A stretch of 32,000 nucleotides of DNA from an uncultured archaeon (GCA_964595665.1 CAZQQS010000001.1:1-32000), one strand, 5' to 3'. Shown: positions 16,518-24,515, counted from the first letter of the stretch. The notes: a model not told the origin generated them from the letters alone. Numbers and translations: made by a program.

Positions 16518-17237
16518 GTGAAGAGAATGAAGACACAAAGACGAGGAAAGGGTTCTCCAAGATATACTGCTAATAATGAGTCAGTAGGAAAGATATGTTA
16601 TTCTTTTAATTATACTCAAAATGCAATTTCAGGGGAAATAACAGATATACTACATAACGTAGGAAAATCTGCTCCATTAGCAAAAATTGTTTTAGAAAAT
16701 AATACTTCATTTTTTATTCCCGCTGGAGAAGGTTTCTTCGTAGGTTTAAAAATAAGTGCTGGATCTGGCGCTAACTTAAATTTAGGTAGTATTTTACCTA
16801 TTGGTCAAGTAAAACCCGGAACTCCCGTATATAATATTGAAAGTATTCCTGGTGATGGGGGCTCATTTTTTAGAGCTGGAGGTTCATTTGGTGAAGTAAT
16901 AACTTCAGATGACTCTGGTGTTTATATTAAAATGAAATCAGGAGTAAAAAGAAAAATTGATCCTAAAAGTTTATGTACTGTAGGTATAGTTTCTAATGGT
17001 GGAAGAACTATTAAACCATTTTATAAAGCTGGAAATAAGCATCACGCTATGAAAGCTAAAGGTGGAAGAATTTATCCTAGAGTAAGAGGTTATGCAATGA
17101 ACGCAGTAGATCATCCTCACGGAGGCTCGGGACACAATTCTCCGGGTAGACAAAAACCTGTTTCTAAGAAATTTGGTGCTCCTGGTCAAAAAGCTGGATT
17201 TATTGGTGCAAAGCAAACTGGAAGAAAGAAGAAGTGA
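16518..17237 (+). CDS. rpl2: 50S ribosomal protein uL2
   Basis: QRRGKGSPRY and the C-terminal MNAVDHPHGGSGH motif are present. The start could be GTG 16518 or ATG 16527. Confidence 0.92.
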   Translation: MKRMKTQRRGKGSPRYTANNESVGKICYSFNYTQNAISGEITDILHNVGKSAPLAKIVLENNTSFFIPAGEGFFVGLKISAGSGANLNLGSILPIGQVKPGTPVYNIESIPGDGGSFFRAGGSFGEVITSDDSGVYIKMKSGVKRKIDPKSLCTVGIVSNGGRTIKPFYKAGNKHHAMKAKGGRIYPRVRGYAMNAVDHPHGGSGHNSPGRQKPVSKKFGAPGQKAGFIGAKQTGRKKK

Positions 17238-17315
17238 TACTATATGGCTCAGTCAATAATTTTTGAAAACAGTAAAATTAATGACAGTTCCATAAAATTT
17301 AAAAGGTGAATATTT
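17238..17315 (+). repeat. Intergenic cassette, divergent copy (upstream of rps19)
   Basis: atggctcagtcaataatttttgaaaacagtaaaattaatgacagttccataaaatttaaaaggtgaatatttATGgct aligns over its whole length with the three near-identical copies. It contains a 21-codon mini-ORF at 17244-17309. Confidence 0.85.
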
Positions 17316-17711
17316 ATGGCTAAGGAATTTACTTATAGAGGTTTAAGTTGGGAAGAAGTTTTAAAATTAAAACCAACTGAATTAGAAAATGTTTTGGATG
17401 CAAGAGCAAGAAGAACTTTAAAAAGAGCTAAAGGCTTAGATAAAAGAGTTGTAAAAGCTATTGCTGAAAATACAGATGGTAAAGAAAGTTTTAAACCAGT
17501 TAAAACTCATAAAAGAGAAATATTAATAACTCCAGATATGGTTGGATTAAGATTTGCAGTTTATACTGGTAAAGAATTTATTACTTTAGGTATAACTAAA
17601 GAAATGATTGGTTTTTACTTAGGTGAATTTGTAGAAACAAGAAAAAGACCTAAACATAGTAAAGCTGGAATTGGTGCAACTAAATCATCAAAGCATGTAG
17701 GTAAGAAGTAG
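17316..17711 (+). CDS. rps19: 30S ribosomal protein uS19
   Basis: FTYRGLSWEEVLKL...KTHKREILITPDMVGLRFAVYTGKEF is typical of archaeal S19. Synteny agrees. Confidence 0.92.
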   Translation: MAKEFTYRGLSWEEVLKLKPTELENVLDARARRTLKRAKGLDKRVVKAIAENTDGKESFKPVKTHKREILITPDMVGLRFAVYTGKEFITLGITKEMIGFYLGEFVETRKRPKHSKAGIGATKSSKHVGKK

Positions 17712-17719
17712 GTGTGATT

Positions 17720-18466
17720 ATGGAATATTACAAAATTAAAGATAAAGACGCTGTAGCAAAATCTTTTAATTGCCCTATCTCTTTTAAATTTTCTGTTGAA
17801 ATGGCAAGAGAAGTTAAAAGTATGACTTACGAAAAAGCAATTAAGTTTTTAGAAGATGTAATTGCATTAAAAAGACCTTTACAATTAAAAAGATATAATA
17901 GAGATGTAGCTCATAGAAAAGGAAAAATTGGAGAAGTTAAATCTGGTAGATTCCCTGTAAAAGTTGCACAATATTTTAAAAAGGTTTTAGAAATTGCAAA
18001 AGCTAATGCAGATTATAAAGGATTAGATTCAAGTAAAAAAGATTTGATAGTTAAAGGTGCAGTTGTATCTCAAGGTGTAAAAAGATATAGTTATCAAACA
18101 CAAGGAAAAAGAAGATTAAGAAGAGATCAAACTACTAATATTGAAATAGTATTAACACAACAAGGTAAATTTGTTAAAAAAGCTGAAAAGAAAATAGCCA
18201 GTGCTTCTTTAGAATCAAAAGATTCAAAAAAATCACAGGTTGTTGAAAGCTCATCTAAAGATGCCGTTTCAACACAAGAAAAAAAAATTGTTGATGTAAC
18301 ACAAGATAAAAAATCTGTTGAAGTTAAAGAAGTAAAAGAAGTTAAAAAAGAAACAAAAAAAGCCAGTTCAACTTTAGAATCTAAAGATTCAAAAGCTAAA
18401 CAGGTTGTTGAAAGTTCTTCTAAAAAAGAAGCCGTTTCAACACAAGAGAAGAAAGGTAAAAAGTGA
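17720..18466 (+). CDS. rpl22: 50S ribosomal protein uL22 with a roughly 95-aa repeat-containing Lys/Ser/Glu-rich C-terminal extension
   Basis: The core (about the first 150 aa) matches L22 and the synteny fits. ATG 17720 follows AGGTGTGAT; the ORF-track start at 17714 is the GTG in the SD. The tail carries two copies of the SKDSK..QVVESSSK..AVSTQEK module. Confidence 0.88.
   Translation: MEYYKIKDKDAVAKSFNCPISFKFSVEMAREVKSMTYEKAIKFLEDVIALKRPLQLKRYNRDVAHRKGKIGEVKSGRFPVKVAQYFKKVLEIAKANADYKGLDSSKKDLIVKGAVVSQGVKRYSYQTQGKRRLRRDQTTNIEIVLTQQGKFVKKAEKKIASASLESKDSKKSQVVESSSKDAVSTQEKKIVDVTQDKKSVEVKEVKEVKKETKKASSTLESKDSKAKQVVESSSKKEAVSTQEKKGKK
18197..18283 (+). repeat. Tail repeat module, copy 1 (in rpl22)
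   Basis: Encodes ASASLESKDSKKSQVVESSSKDAVSTQEK. The stretch acaggttgttgaaagctcatctaaagatgccgtttcaacacaagaaaaa (49 nt) is identical to both copies in rps3. Confidence 0.9.
18362..18447 (+). repeat. Tail repeat module, copy 2 (in rpl22)
   Basis: Encodes ASSTLESKDSKAKQVVESSSKKEAVSTQEK. The first 53 nt (gccagttcaactttagaatctaaagattcaaaagctaaacaggttgttgaaag) are identical to rps3 copy 19246-19298. Confidence 0.9.
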
Positions 18467-18471
18467 TTTTA

Positions 18472-19467
18472 ATGATTGAGAAATTTTTCGTGAAACAAAG
18501 ATTTAAGAAATTAGATTTAGAAAAATTCTTTGCAAAAAGATTTTCAAAAGCTGGATTTAATAGTTTAGAAATTGTTAAAACTCCATTATCTACAAGATTA
18601 GTAGTTTCTGTTGCAAAACCAGGAATAGCTATTGGATATAGTGGAAAATCAATAAAAACTATTGGAAGTATTTTAGAAGATAAATTTGGAATAAAAAATC
18701 CACATATAGAAGTTAAAAGTGTTGAAGATCCAGATTATAATGTAAAATATATTGTTCAAAATATAGTTAGAGATTTAGAAAAAGGAATTAATTGGAAACA
18801 AGTTGCTTTTAGAGTAGTTAGAAGTTTATCTGATTTGCCAATTATGGGTTTTGAATTAATCTTTAAAGGAAAAATGATGTCTAAAGGTGGAAGAAAACAA
18901 AAATATAGATTTATTTCTGGATATTTAAAAACTATTGGAGATCAAACAAAATTAGTTAAATTTGCAATGGCTTCTGCATCAACAAAATCAGGAAGTATTG
19001 GAGTAAGATTAAAATTAGTTCCTCCTAATGTAATGTTCCCAGATAAAGTTGGAGAAAAAGAAATTAAAGAAGCTTTAGAAAGAATGAAAACAAAAGTTGT
19101 TATAGAAAAAATAGAAGATGGTAAAATAATAAAAGTTGAAGAAAAAGATATTAAAGAAATTAAAGCTGAAGTTAAAGTAGAAAAAAAAGCTGTTGAAGTT
19201 AAAGCAGTTAAAGAAGTAAAAGAAAAAAAGGTTACTGAAAAGAAAGCCAGTTCAACTTTAGAATCTAAAGATTCAAAAGCTAAACAGGTTGTTGAAAGCT
19301 CATCTAAAGATGCCGTTTCAACACAAGAAAAAGAAGTAAAAGAAAAAAAACCAAAAGTAAAAAAAGTAACTGAAAAAAAAGCCAATTTAGATTCAAAATC
19401 TAAACAGGTTGTTGAAAGCTCATCTAAAGATGCCGTTTCAACACAAGAAAAAGAGAGTGATAATTAA
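18472..19467 (+). CDS. rps3: 30S ribosomal protein uS3 with a long Lys/Glu/Ser-rich repeat-containing C-terminal extension
   Basis: The KH-domain N-terminus and the S3 core (GIAIGYSGKSIKTI, GFELIFKGKM) are present and synteny agrees. ATG 18472 follows AAGTGAT. The tail carries two copies of the module shared with rpl22. Confidence 0.9.
   Translation: MIEKFFVKQRFKKLDLEKFFAKRFSKAGFNSLEIVKTPLSTRLVVSVAKPGIAIGYSGKSIKTIGSILEDKFGIKNPHIEVKSVEDPDYNVKYIVQNIVRDLEKGINWKQVAFRVVRSLSDLPIMGFELIFKGKMMSKGGRKQKYRFISGYLKTIGDQTKLVKFAMASASTKSGSIGVRLKLVPPNVMFPDKVGEKEIKEALERMKTKVVIEKIEDGKIIKVEEKDIKEIKAEVKVEKKAVEVKAVKEVKEKKVTEKKASSTLESKDSKAKQVVESSSKDAVSTQEKEVKEKKPKVKKVTEKKANLDSKSKQVVESSSKDAVSTQEKESDN
19246..19331 (+). 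repeat. Tail repeat module, copy 3 (in rps3)
   Basis: Encodes ASSTLESKDSKAKQVVESSSKDAVSTQEK. Its 5' half is identical to rpl22 copy 2 and its 3' half is identical to rpl22 copy 1. Confidence 0.9.
19381..19451 (+). repeat. Tail repeat module, copy 4 (in rps3, 5'-truncated variant)
   Basis: Encodes ANLDSKSKQVVESSSKDAVSTQEK. A 54-nt stretch is identical to copy 3, offset by 120 nt. Confidence 0.9.
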
Positions 19468-19739
19468 TGACTAAAACAGCAAAAAAATATAGAGAATTAA
19501 GTATTACTGAATTAAAAGATAAAGTTAAAGAATTAAAAGAAAATTATTCTAAAGAAATTGTTAAAACAAAAACTGGTGCAAATAAAGAAAAAGCTTTTAA
19601 TTTAAGAAAAGCAAAAAAAGAAATTGCTACAGTATTAACAATTGCAAGAGAAAAAGAAATTAAACATGAAGAAGATAAATTAAAACCAAAAGTTAAGGTT
19701 GTAAAAGAAGTAAAAGAAAAGAAAGTTAAAAAAAAATAA
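19467..19739 (+). CDS. rpl29: 50S ribosomal protein uL29 with a Lys-rich C-terminal tail
   Basis: YRELSITELKDKVKELKENY is a typical L29 N-terminus. The start overlaps the rps3 stop (taATGa). The tail is KPKVKVVKEVKEKKVKKK. Confidence 0.88.
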   Translation: MTKTAKKYRELSITELKDKVKELKENYSKEIVKTKTGANKEKAFNLRKAKKEIATVLTIAREKEIKHEEDKLKPKVKVVKEVKEKKVKKK

Positions 19740-19751
19740 GGGGTTTATGAA

Positions 19752-20048
19752 ATGGTAGATATTTGTAATATCTGTGGTTTGCCGAAAGACATCTGCGTAT
19801 GTCAGAAAATGAATACAGAGCAAATTAAAATTTATGTTGTGGAAAAACACGTCAAAGGACCAATGTTTGTAACAATTGTAAATGGTTTAGATGATCTAAA
19901 CGAAATAGAGAACATGAATAAAGAGTTAAAGAAAAAGTTAGCTTGTGGTGGAACTTTAAAAAACAAAGATATTGTTTTGCAAGGAAAACATAAGAAAAAA
20001 GTAATTCTTTATTTAAAGGGGAAAGGATATGATACATTTCATCTCTAA
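19752..20048 (+). CDS. sui1: Translation initiation factor SUI1 (aSUI1/eIF1 homologue)
   Basis: An N-terminal Cys cluster (CNICGLPKDICVC) and KKKLACGGTLKNKDIVLQGKHKKKVILYLKGKGY are present. The position after L29 is conserved in many archaea. Confidence 0.85.
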   Translation: MVDICNICGLPKDICVCQKMNTEQIKIYVVEKHVKGPMFVTIVNGLDDLNEIENMNKELKKKLACGGTLKNKDIVLQGKHKKKVILYLKGKGYDTFHL

Positions 20049-20286
20049 AGATGTTTTAACTAAAGTTTTTTTAGGAAAAAAAATAAATGTTTTTTTTGCT
20101 AGCGATAAAACAAAACAAGTTAAAGGCATTGTACAAAAAGAGACAAAAAATATGTTTTATATTAAAACAGATAAAGGATTAAAAAAAATTCCTAAAAAGG
20201 AAATTTTCTTTTATTTGGATGATGAAAAAGTTGATGGAAAAACAATATGTTATAGATTAGCAGATAGAATAAAAAAATATGCTTAG
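20029..20286 (+). CDS. rnp1: RNase P protein component 1 (Rpp29/Pop4 homologue)
   Basis: LGKKINVFFASDKTKQVKGIVQKETKNMFYIKTDKGLKKIPKKEIFF matches the Rpp29 Sm-like core. The position between L29/SUI1 and S17 is canonical. Confidence 0.8.
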   Translation: MIHFISKDVLTKVFLGKKINVFFASDKTKQVKGIVQKETKNMFYIKTDKGLKKIPKKEIFFYLDDEKVDGKTICYRLADRIKKYA

Positions 20287-20296
20287 GTGATTAAAT

Positions 20297-20554
20297 ATGG
20301 TTGAATACCCAATAAGAGGAATTGTATTTGAAGGTGAAGTTGTAAGACAAAAAACTCCAAAAACAATTGTTGTAAAAAGAAATATTGTTACATATATTAA
20401 AAAGTATGAAAGAAATTTATTAAAAACTAAAAAGTATGCTGTGCATTTGCCAGAAAACATGACTGTAAAAGTTGGAGATAAAGTTTTAGTTGGAGAAACT
20501 AGAAAAATAAGTAAGACTAAGAATTTAGTTGTTATTGATGCTAATAAAAGGTGA
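20297..20554 (+). CDS. rps17: 30S ribosomal protein uS17
   Basis: GEVVRQKTPKTIVVKRN...KKYAVHLPENMTVKVGDKVLVGETRKISKTKNLVV is typical of S17. Synteny agrees. Confidence 0.92.
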   Translation: MVEYPIRGIVFEGEVVRQKTPKTIVVKRNIVTYIKKYERNLLKTKKYAVHLPENMTVKVGDKVLVGETRKISKTKNLVVIDANKR

Positions 20555-20559
20555 ATAAA

Positions 20560-20958
20560 ATGAGAGCGATGAGTTCAAAATCTATTAAAGGATTAATATT
20601 AAATTCCACTATGGAATGTACTGACAATACTGGTGCAAAAGAAGTATATATTATTAGTGTATTTGGACATAAAACAAGAAAAAAGCAAAATCCAAGTTCT
20701 GGTATAGGTGATTTAGTAAATATAGTTGTATCAAAAGGTAAACCAGAAATGAAAAAGAAATTATTTAGAGCAGTTATTGTAAGAAGTAAAAGTGGATTAA
20801 AAAGAGCTAACGGTGTTAAATTAAAATTTGATACTAATGCTTGTGTTTTAGTAGATAATGAAGGCGTTCCAAAATCAACTGAAGTAAAAGGTGCAGTTCC
20901 AAGAGAAGTTGGTGAAAGATTTCCAAAAATAGTTGGTAGAGCTGCATACGTAGTATAG
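20560..20958 (+). CDS. rpl14: 50S ribosomal protein uL14
   Basis: ECTDNTGAKEVYIISV... and the C-terminal REVGERFPKIVGRAAYVV are present. ATG 20560 follows AAGGTGAATAAA; the ORF-track start at 20551 is the GTG in the SD. Confidence 0.92.
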   Translation: MRAMSSKSIKGLILNSTMECTDNTGAKEVYIISVFGHKTRKKQNPSSGIGDLVNIVVSKGKPEMKKKLFRAVIVRSKSGLKRANGVKLKFDTNACVLVDNEGVPKSTEVKGAVPREVGERFPKIVGRAAYVV

Positions 20959-21041
20959 AGGGATATTTATGGTTCAGTTAAAAGTTTTTAAAAACAGTAA
21001 AACTTATAACAGTCCCACAAACATATAAAAGGTGAATATTT
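20959..21041 (+). repeat. Intergenic cassette copy (upstream of rpl24)
   Basis: gagggatatttATGgttcagttaaaagtttttaaaaacagtaaaacttataacagtcccacaaacatataaaaggtgaatattt. The palindrome GTTTTTAAAAAC is at 20984-20995. The mini-ORF is at 20969-21028. Confidence 0.9.
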
Positions 21042-21392
21042 ATGGTTACAAAAAACGCATCTAAAAATAGAGTTAGACAATTGAATGCACCAAAACATAC
21101 TTTAAGAAAAAGTATTGCATCACATGTATCTAAAGAATTAAGAGCAAAATATAATATAAGAGCAATATCTATTAGAAAAGGGGATGTTGTTACAATTATG
21201 ACTGGTAAATTTGCAAAAAAATCTGGAAAAGTTACTACTGTAGATTCTACAGGATTTATATTTATAGAAAATATTCAATTGAATAAAAAAGATGGAAAAG
21301 TTGTTCCAATAAAAATAAATCCATCAAATGTAATTATTACTGAATTATATAAAGATGATGAAAAAAGATTTAAACATATTAAAGGTGAATAA
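21042..21392 (+). CDS. rpl24: 50S ribosomal protein uL24
   Basis: The KOW motif is IRKGDVVTIMTGKFAKKSGKV. Synteny agrees. Confidence 0.92.
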   Translation: MVTKNASKNRVRQLNAPKHTLRKSIASHVSKELRAKYNIRAISIRKGDVVTIMTGKFAKKSGKVTTVDSTGFIFIENIQLNKKDGKVVPIKINPSNVIITELYKDDEKRFKHIKGE

Positions 21393-21394
21393 AT

Positions 21395-22096
21395 ATGGCA
21401 AATAAAGGTAATAGTAATCGCCAAAAAAGAGTGAGTTACGCTGGTAAAGCAAGAATAAGTAGAAAAGAACATCATTGGACATTTAATGCAAAACCTGGAG
21501 CACACCCAAAAAATGAGAGTGCTTGTTTTGGTTTGATAATTAGAGATGTATTAAATTTAGCTAATAATACTAAAGAAGTAAAATATATTTTAAATAACAA
21601 AAATTGTTTTGTTAATGGTGTTAGAGTAAAAGAACATAGATTGCCTGTAGGTTTATTTGATATTTTATCATTTAAAGATATTAAAAAATATAGAGTATTA
21701 TTAACACATAAAGATAAAATTATTTTAAAAGAAGTTAATGAAAAGGAAAATTTAATTCCTTGTAGTGTAAAAACTAAAAAACCACATGCAAAAGACAAAT
21801 TTGTTTTGGGTTTTTCAAATGGATTTACATCTATTGTAAAAGATACTAAAATTAATGTTGGAGATTCTGTATTGTATAATATAGATAAAAAAACATTTGA
21901 AGATGTAGTTGTTAAACAACCAGGTGCAAGAGTATATATTATTGGTGGACCGCACGTAAGTTCTTTTGGTATATTGAAAAATATTATTAAAGGAGATTTA
22001 AAAAAATCAAGTGAAGTTACAGTTGATTGTAGTGGTAAAGAATTGAAAACAATGGAAAAATATATTTTTGTAATTCCTGAAAAATTGAATTTATAA
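21395..22096 (+). CDS. rps4e: 30S ribosomal protein eS4
   Basis: HHWTFNAKPGAHPKNESACFGLIIRDVL...VNGVRVKEHRLPVGLFDILSF is typical of S4e. Synteny agrees. Confidence 0.92.
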   Translation: MANKGNSNRQKRVSYAGKARISRKEHHWTFNAKPGAHPKNESACFGLIIRDVLNLANNTKEVKYILNNKNCFVNGVRVKEHRLPVGLFDILSFKDIKKYRVLLTHKDKIILKEVNEKENLIPCSVKTKKPHAKDKFVLGFSNGFTSIVKDTKINVGDSVLYNIDKKTFEDVVVKQPGARVYIIGGPHVSSFGILKNIIKGDLKKSSEVTVDCSGKELKTMEKYIFVIPEKLNL

Positions 22097-22106
22097 AGTG
22101 ATACTT

Positions 22107-22625
22107 ATGGCTGAAAAACAAAATCCAATGAAAGAAATTTCTTTAGAAAAAGTTGTGTTGCATATTTGTACTGGAGAAACTGGTGTAAAATTAGATAACG
22201 CTAAAAAAATATTAAATTTGTTAACTAATAAAAAACCTGTTGAAACAAAATCAAAAACTAAATTGCCAAAATGGGGTTTACGTCCTGGATTAGCAATTGG
22301 TGCAAAAGTAACTTTAAGAAATAAACAAGCTTATGAATTTTTAAAAAGAGCTTTGGAAGCAAAATCATTTACATTAAATAAAAGATGTATTGATAAAACA
22401 GGAAATTTTGCATTTGGTATTCCAGAATATATTGATATTAAAGGAATGAAATATGATCCTAAAATGGGAGTTTTTGGATTTGATGTTATTTCATCTTTAA
22501 AGAGAAATGGTTTTAGAATTAAATATAGAGCTGAAAAAAGAATGAAATTAACACCTGCTTTAAAAATTAATAAAGAAGAAGCAGAAGAATTCTTGAAGAA
22601 AGAATTTAATATAAAATTTAATTGA
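22107..22625 (+). CDS. rpl5: 50S ribosomal protein uL5
   Basis: NPMKEISLEKVVLHICTGE and GNFAFGIPEYIDIKGMKYDPKMGVFGFDV are present. ATG 22107 follows AAGTGATACTT. Confidence 0.92.
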   Translation: MAEKQNPMKEISLEKVVLHICTGETGVKLDNAKKILNLLTNKKPVETKSKTKLPKWGLRPGLAIGAKVTLRNKQAYEFLKRALEAKSFTLNKRCIDKTGNFAFGIPEYIDIKGMKYDPKMGVFGFDVISSLKRNGFRIKYRAEKRMKLTPALKINKEEAEEFLKKEFNIKFN

Positions 22626-22774
22626 TGGTGATATGCTTGAAAATGAAAGATGATAAGAAGCTAACTTGTAAGATTTGCGGATGTGGAAAGGCAATCGTTA
22701 GAAAATATGACTTAAATGTTTGTCGTAGATGCTTTAAAGACCATGCCGAAGAGTTAGGCTTTCATAAATATTAG
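22625..22774 (+). CDS. rps14: 30S ribosomal protein uS14 (zinc-binding type); missing from the ORF track
   Basis: My own translation gives (MVICLK)MKDDKKLTCKICGCGKAIVRKYDLNVCRRCFKDHAEELGFHKY*, with CxxC...CxxC and the conserved RKY..LCR.CFR..A..LGF.KY pattern. The start is ATG 22625 (overlapping the rpl5 stop) or ATG 22643. Confidence 0.88.
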   Translation: MVICLKMKDDKKLTCKICGCGKAIVRKYDLNVCRRCFKDHAEELGFHKY

Positions 22775-22782
22775 GTGATTAT

Positions 22783-23172
22783 ATGAGTAGAGATCCTTAT
22801 ACTGATGCATTAACTCACATAAAAAATAGTGATTTTGTTGCAAAACAAAGTTGTTCTATTAATATATCGAGTACTTTGCTTTTGAAAACTTTAGAGATAT
22901 TAAAAGCTGAAAAATATATTGATAATTTTGAGTTAAAAACAAAAAGTAATAAACAAGAATTGACTGTAAAGTTAAATGGTTCATTAACAAATTTAAAATC
23001 TGTTAAACCAAGATATCCAATCGGTTATAACGATATGGAAAAATATGAAAAAAGATATTTACCATCAAGAAATGTTGGACTATTAATTTTATCTACACCA
23101 CAAGGTTTGCGAACACATGTTGAAGCAAAAAAAGAAAAGATTGGTGGAAGATTAATAGCATTTGTATATTAG
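22783..23172 (+). CDS. rps8: 30S ribosomal protein uS8
   Basis: DPYTDALTHIKNSDFVAKQ and the C-terminal GGRLIAFVY are present. Synteny agrees. Confidence 0.92.
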   Translation: MSRDPYTDALTHIKNSDFVAKQSCSINISSTLLLKTLEILKAEKYIDNFELKTKSNKQELTVKLNGSLTNLKSVKPRYPIGYNDMEKYEKRYLPSRNVGLLILSTPQGLRTHVEAKKEKIGGRLIAFVY

Positions 23173-23181
23173 GTGACATTT

Positions 23182-23712
23182 ATGAAATTAGAAATCAATA
23201 TACCAAAAGGAACTAATGTTACAAAAGATAATAATTATATTGTTGTTAAAGGTAAATTAGGAGAATTAAGAAAAGAGTTCAAAACTAAATTAATTAATAT
23301 TAATATAGATTCTGATAAATTGGTTTTGGAAAGTGTTAATGATAGAACAAAAACAGTTGCAATTTTGAATACTGTAAATTCTATAATAAGTAACATGATT
23401 TCTGGAACTGAGAAAAAATATGTTTATACTTTAAGAGGAGTATATTCACACTTCCCATTAACATTAGCTGTTAAAGGAAAAACATTTGTAATAAATAATT
23501 ATTTGGGTGAAAAAAAATCAAGAGTTATTGATATTCCAGATAATGTTGAGATAACTGTTAAAGGAAAAGATGTTATTGTAAAATCAATTGATAAAAATTT
23601 AGCAGGAACTGTTGCTGGATTAATTGAAAATAGTGTAAAGCCAAAAAATAGAGATAGAAGAATATTTCAAGATGGCGTATATATAATTACAAAAGGTGTG
23701 CAAGATGAGTAA
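23182..23712 (+). CDS. rpl6: 50S ribosomal protein uL6
   Basis: The two-domain L6 pattern is present (VKGKLGELRKEF, YSHFPLTLAVKG). ATG 23182 follows AGGTGACATTT. Confidence 0.9.
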   Translation: MKLEINIPKGTNVTKDNNYIVVKGKLGELRKEFKTKLININIDSDKLVLESVNDRTKTVAILNTVNSIISNMISGTEKKYVYTLRGVYSHFPLTLAVKGKTFVINNYLGEKKSRVIDIPDNVEITVKGKDVIVKSIDKNLAGTVAGLIENSVKPKNRDRRIFQDGVYIITKGVQDE

Positions 23713-24064
23713 TGAAAAAAAAGTACCTACATTTAGAGGAAGATTTGGAACACGAAGTAAAAGAAAGAAATCTATTGCTAAATGGGATAAATGGAGATTT
23801 CCTAGAGGAATTGATATTACTTTCAAGAAAGGAGATAATGAAAATCCAAAAATTGGTTATGGTACTAAGAAAGAAGATAGAGATTTACATCCTTCTGGAA
23901 GAACTGAAGTATATATTAGAAATTTAGATATTTTAAAAAATCACGTTAAAGAAAATAAAGATGCAAATAAATATATTTATAGATTAGCAGGAAATTTAGG
24001 TGCTAAAAAAAGATTAGATATAAAAGAATTTGCAAAAACTGTAAAAATAAGAATAATAAATTAA
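23705..24064 (+). CDS. rpl32e: 50S ribosomal protein eL32
   Basis: FRGRFGTRSKRKKSIAKWDKWRFPRGIDI...HPSGRTEVYIRN is typical of L32e. ATG 23705 follows AAGGTG. Confidence 0.9.
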   Translation: MSNEKKVPTFRGRFGTRSKRKKSIAKWDKWRFPRGIDITFKKGDNENPKIGYGTKKEDRDLHPSGRTEVYIRNLDILKNHVKENKDANKYIYRLAGNLGAKKRLDIKEFAKTVKIRIIN

Positions 24065-24074
24065 AGGTGTTGGT

Positions 24075-24506
24075 ATGAACATTAAATCTGCAAAGAGAAT
24101 AGTTGCGAAAAAATTAAATGTTGGAAAATCTAAAATTAAAATAAATAATGATTCGCAAAAGAAAATTAAAGAAGCAATTACAAGTGCTGATTTAGAAACT
24201 TTGGTACAAGATGGATCTTTTAAAAAGAAAGGTCAAAGTCAAAGTAGAGGTAGAGCTCGAGTATTATTGGAAAAGAAAAAGAAAGGTAGAAGAACTGGCC
24301 AAGGTACAAGAAGAGGAAAAGCAAATGCAAGAGCAAGTACTCATGATGCTTGGATAAAAAAAGTAAGAGCTCAAAGAAAATATATTTTAGAATTATTAAC
24401 TAATACAAAAGTTGATAAAAAACAATATAGAGATTTGTACAACAAAGTTAAAGGTGGATTCTTTAGAAGTAAAAGCCACATAGATTCATATCTGAGTAAA
24501 AAATAG
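24075..24506 (+). CDS. rpl19e: 50S ribosomal protein eL19
   Basis: KRIVAKKLNVGKSKIKIN..., the basic middle region RRTGQGTRRGKANAR and WIKKVRAQRKYI are present. Synteny agrees. Confidence 0.9.
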   Translation: MNIKSAKRIVAKKLNVGKSKIKINNDSQKKIKEAITSADLETLVQDGSFKKKGQSQSRGRARVLLEKKKKGRRTGQGTRRGKANARASTHDAWIKKVRAQRKYILELLTNTKVDKKQYRDLYNKVKGGFFRSKSHIDSYLSKK

Positions 24507-24515
24507 GGGATTTTT

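Noticed and set aside
18942-19385. 147-aa minus-strand ORF antisense to the rps3 tail. The same reasoning covers the other antisense or overlapping ORF-track entries: 4767-4988, 8365-8574, 13202-13426, 16971-17216, 19852-20037, 20257-20460, 21275-21505, 21472-21798, 23620-23826, 26528-26797, 27757-28140, 28316-28528 and 29602-29784.
   Set aside because: Each lies entirely inside, and antisense to, a confidently identified conserved gene (ribosomal proteins, SecY, Taw1, YvcK). They have low-complexity Phe/Ser/Leu-rich translations, which is typical of the reverse strand of Lys/Glu-rich AT-rich genes. None has an SD-like site.
18197-19454. Possible CRISPR array, because a roughly 50-nt sequence recurs four times and contains a stem-loop
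   Set aside because: The spacing is irregular (about 165, 885 and 135 nt between copy starts). All copies are in frame inside two ribosomal-protein genes and are conserved at amino-acid level. No cas genes or leader sequence are nearby.
23712-23927. 71-aa plus-strand ORF in an alternative frame within rpl32e
   Set aside because: It overlaps the clearly conserved eL32 reading frame on the same strand. It has no recognisable product, and its start coincides with the end of rpl6. It is most likely a chance ORF.
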